A DNA stretch of 64,000 nt. Source: a virus. Position 1 is the first letter of the stretch. Each line of letters starts with the position of its first letter. Where the stretch lies: positions 1 through 64,000 of the IMG/VR virus record IMGVR_UViG_3300020392_000008; one strand, 5' to 3'. The notes below the pieces were generated by a model. That model was not told where the DNA came from and did no database searches. It worked only from the letters and a program-made list of their open reading frames with translations. Positions 62,341 to 64,000 of the stretch are shown here, in pieces. The translations under genes were made by a program, and so were the position numbers.

Positions 62341-64000
62341 ATGCAAAACCCATTGTCAAAAGGAGGAGGATTTACATCTTTAAAATTATCTAGTCTTAAT
62401 TCTGAAAGTGGAAATAATCACGTATGGAATTCTGAAAAAGTTAATTCCATTATTCATAAAGTTTCTCAAGAAGGATTAGATATTAGAGGAATGCAAAATA
62501 CTCCATTCAAAGAAAACGATATCCTATTAAAAAGAGCAAACTTACCCTTTGAATATACTAAAGAGGAATGGAATCACATGCAAGAATGTAAAAAAAATCC
62601 CATGTATTTTGCTCAAAAATTTGCTTTTATAAGAACACCAAAAGGAGATATGTCTGTTGAAGAAGCAGGGGGTTTACGAGATTTTCAAGAACAACTTGTT
62701 AAGAACATGCATAACAATAAGTTTAATATACTTATGGCCAGTAGACAAATTGGTAAAACCGTTACAACAGCAATATACATAGTGTGGTTTTTACTATTTA
62801 ATAAAGAGAAAAACGTACTAATGGTAGCTGATAATATGACAACCACTAAAGAAATAATGGAAAAACTAAGAATAGTTTTAGATAATCTTCCTTTCTTTAT
62901 GAAACCTGGAATTGTTAAAATAAATGAGTCATCTATTAGGTTAGACAATGACTGTAGATTAGTACTTAGAACAACTACAAAAAAGTCAGGTATTGGTATG
63001 ACTGTGAACTTTCTTTATATAGATGAATTTGCACATATATCAGAGTCTAACTTGGATAAGTTCTATAGAGCTATTTTACCCACAATTACAGAGGATCCAT
63101 TTGCTAAAGTAGTTATAACATCTACCCCTAATGGTAGAAATAAATTTTGGGATATTTGGTCAGACGCCGTAGATGGAGAAAATGACTATAGCCCAATGAG
63201 AGTAGACTGGTGGCAAGTACCTGGAAGAGACGAAGAGTGGAAGAAAAAAACAATAGCTAACATGGGATCTGAAACAGATTTTAACCAGGAATATGGTTTG
63301 CAATTTTTTTCATCTGATCAACTTTTATTATCTTCTAATGATCTTCAAAAGTTAGAGACCTTTCAATCAACGTATTTAAATACAACTTTAGACTTAGACG
63401 AGGACGATTTTTACATAAATGAATATTTAACCTTTCATAAAAAATATAAAGACTTTAAATTAGAAGATTTTAAAAATGACCCTTCCTATTTTGTTTTTTC
63501 AATAGACACAGCAGATGGAGTAGATCAAGATTATTCAGTGCTAAATATATTTAAAGCAGTGGCTTTACCAATTAAAGATCTTTTAAAAAATAAAAATAAT
63601 ATTAAAAGCGAATTAGATTGTATTTCCATGGTTCAAATAGGTAAATTTAAGTCTAACTCTTTGAATATCAACGACTTTGCAATAGCATGTGAAAAAATTA
63701 TATATGAAATATTTAACCCAGAAAAAATAAGAATAATTTTAGAGTTAAATCATAAGGGAGAAATATTACATAACAGGTTTGCTCTAAATGAACAATACTG
63801 GTGGGGACAAATGGTTCACACTAAGCACACTGAATTATCTAAAAATATAAAAGCAGGTGTTAGATTAGGGCCTACTAATAAATTAAAATATTGTGAAAAG
63901 TTTAGGTATTATGTTTCCATTAATAAGGTGTTAGTTACATGTTATGAAACTTTTTTAGAGTTATCTTCGTTTGGAAGATCTAGAGGAGGTTCCTATAGAT
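62341..64000 (+). CDS. terL: Terminase large subunit (gp17-like), runs off the window; not in ORF track
   Basis: Manual translation: LRDFQ, ASRQIGKT (Walker A), LYIDEFAH (Walker B), ITSTPNG, nuclease SIDTADG..DYS. Confidence 0.95.
   Translation, partial: MQNPLSKGGGFTSLKLSSLNSESGNNHVWNSEKVNSIIHKVSQEGLDIRGMQNTPFKENDILLKRANLPFEYTKEEWNHMQECKKNPMYFAQKFAFIRTPKGDMSVEEAGGLRDFQEQLVKNMHNNKFNILMASRQIGKTVTTAIYIVWFLLFNKEKNVLMVADNMTTTKEIMEKLRIVLDNLPFFMKPGIVKINESSIRLDNDCRLVLRTTTKKSGIGMTVNFLYIDEFAHISESNLDKFYRAILPTITEDPFAKVVITSTPNGRNKFWDIWSDAVDGENDYSPMRVDWWQVPGRDEEWKKKTIANMGSETDFNQEYGLQFFSSDQLLLSSNDLQKLETFQSTYLNTTLDLDEDDFYINEYLTFHKKYKDFKLEDFKNDPSYFVFSIDTADGVDQDYSVLNIFKAVALPIKDLLKNKNNIKSELDCISMVQIGKFKSNSLNINDFAIACEKIIYEIFNPEKIRIILELNHKGEILHNRFALNEQYWWGQMVHTKHTELSKNIKAGVRLGPTNKLKYCEKFRYYVSINKVLVTCYETFLELSSFGRSRGGSYR

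Overview
AT-rich, gene-dense segment of a large T4-like (jumbo) myophage genome read in the standard genetic code. The host is inferred to be Bacteroidota (Flavobacteriia-like) from four signs: A-rich starts without Shine-Dalgarno motifs, signal peptides cleaved before Gln, a T9SS-type CTD, and Bacteroidetes-type S1 and Hc1 motifs. The left part (about 1-24 kb, mostly minus strand) holds tRNA-Ala, an unannotated ~420-nt structured non-coding unit, ClpP, a GMP reductase/IMPDH enzyme, GroES, a T4 RNase H-like exonuclease, gp32-like SSB, histone H1-like protein, a lipoprotein + M43 metalloprotease pair, NrdAB, ribosomal protein S1, GroEL, a PD-(D/E)XK nuclease, a CAP protein, a RuvC-like resolvase and a gp55-like late sigma factor. 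The right part (about 25-64 kb) is the virion module: large baseplate/tail proteins, tail fibres, gp14- and gp15-like proteins, a CCA-adding enzyme, a degenerate amidoligase, a gp6-like wedge, and small and (truncated) large terminase. The most notable candidates are the self-contained large ncRNA beside the tRNA, the phage-encoded T9SS-type protease cassette, a T4-like capsid-targeting peptide shared by several proteins (possibly including the CCA enzyme), the S1/chaperonin/ClpP toolkit and the amidoligase pseudoenzyme. All assignments come from motif recognition by eye; no database searches were run.
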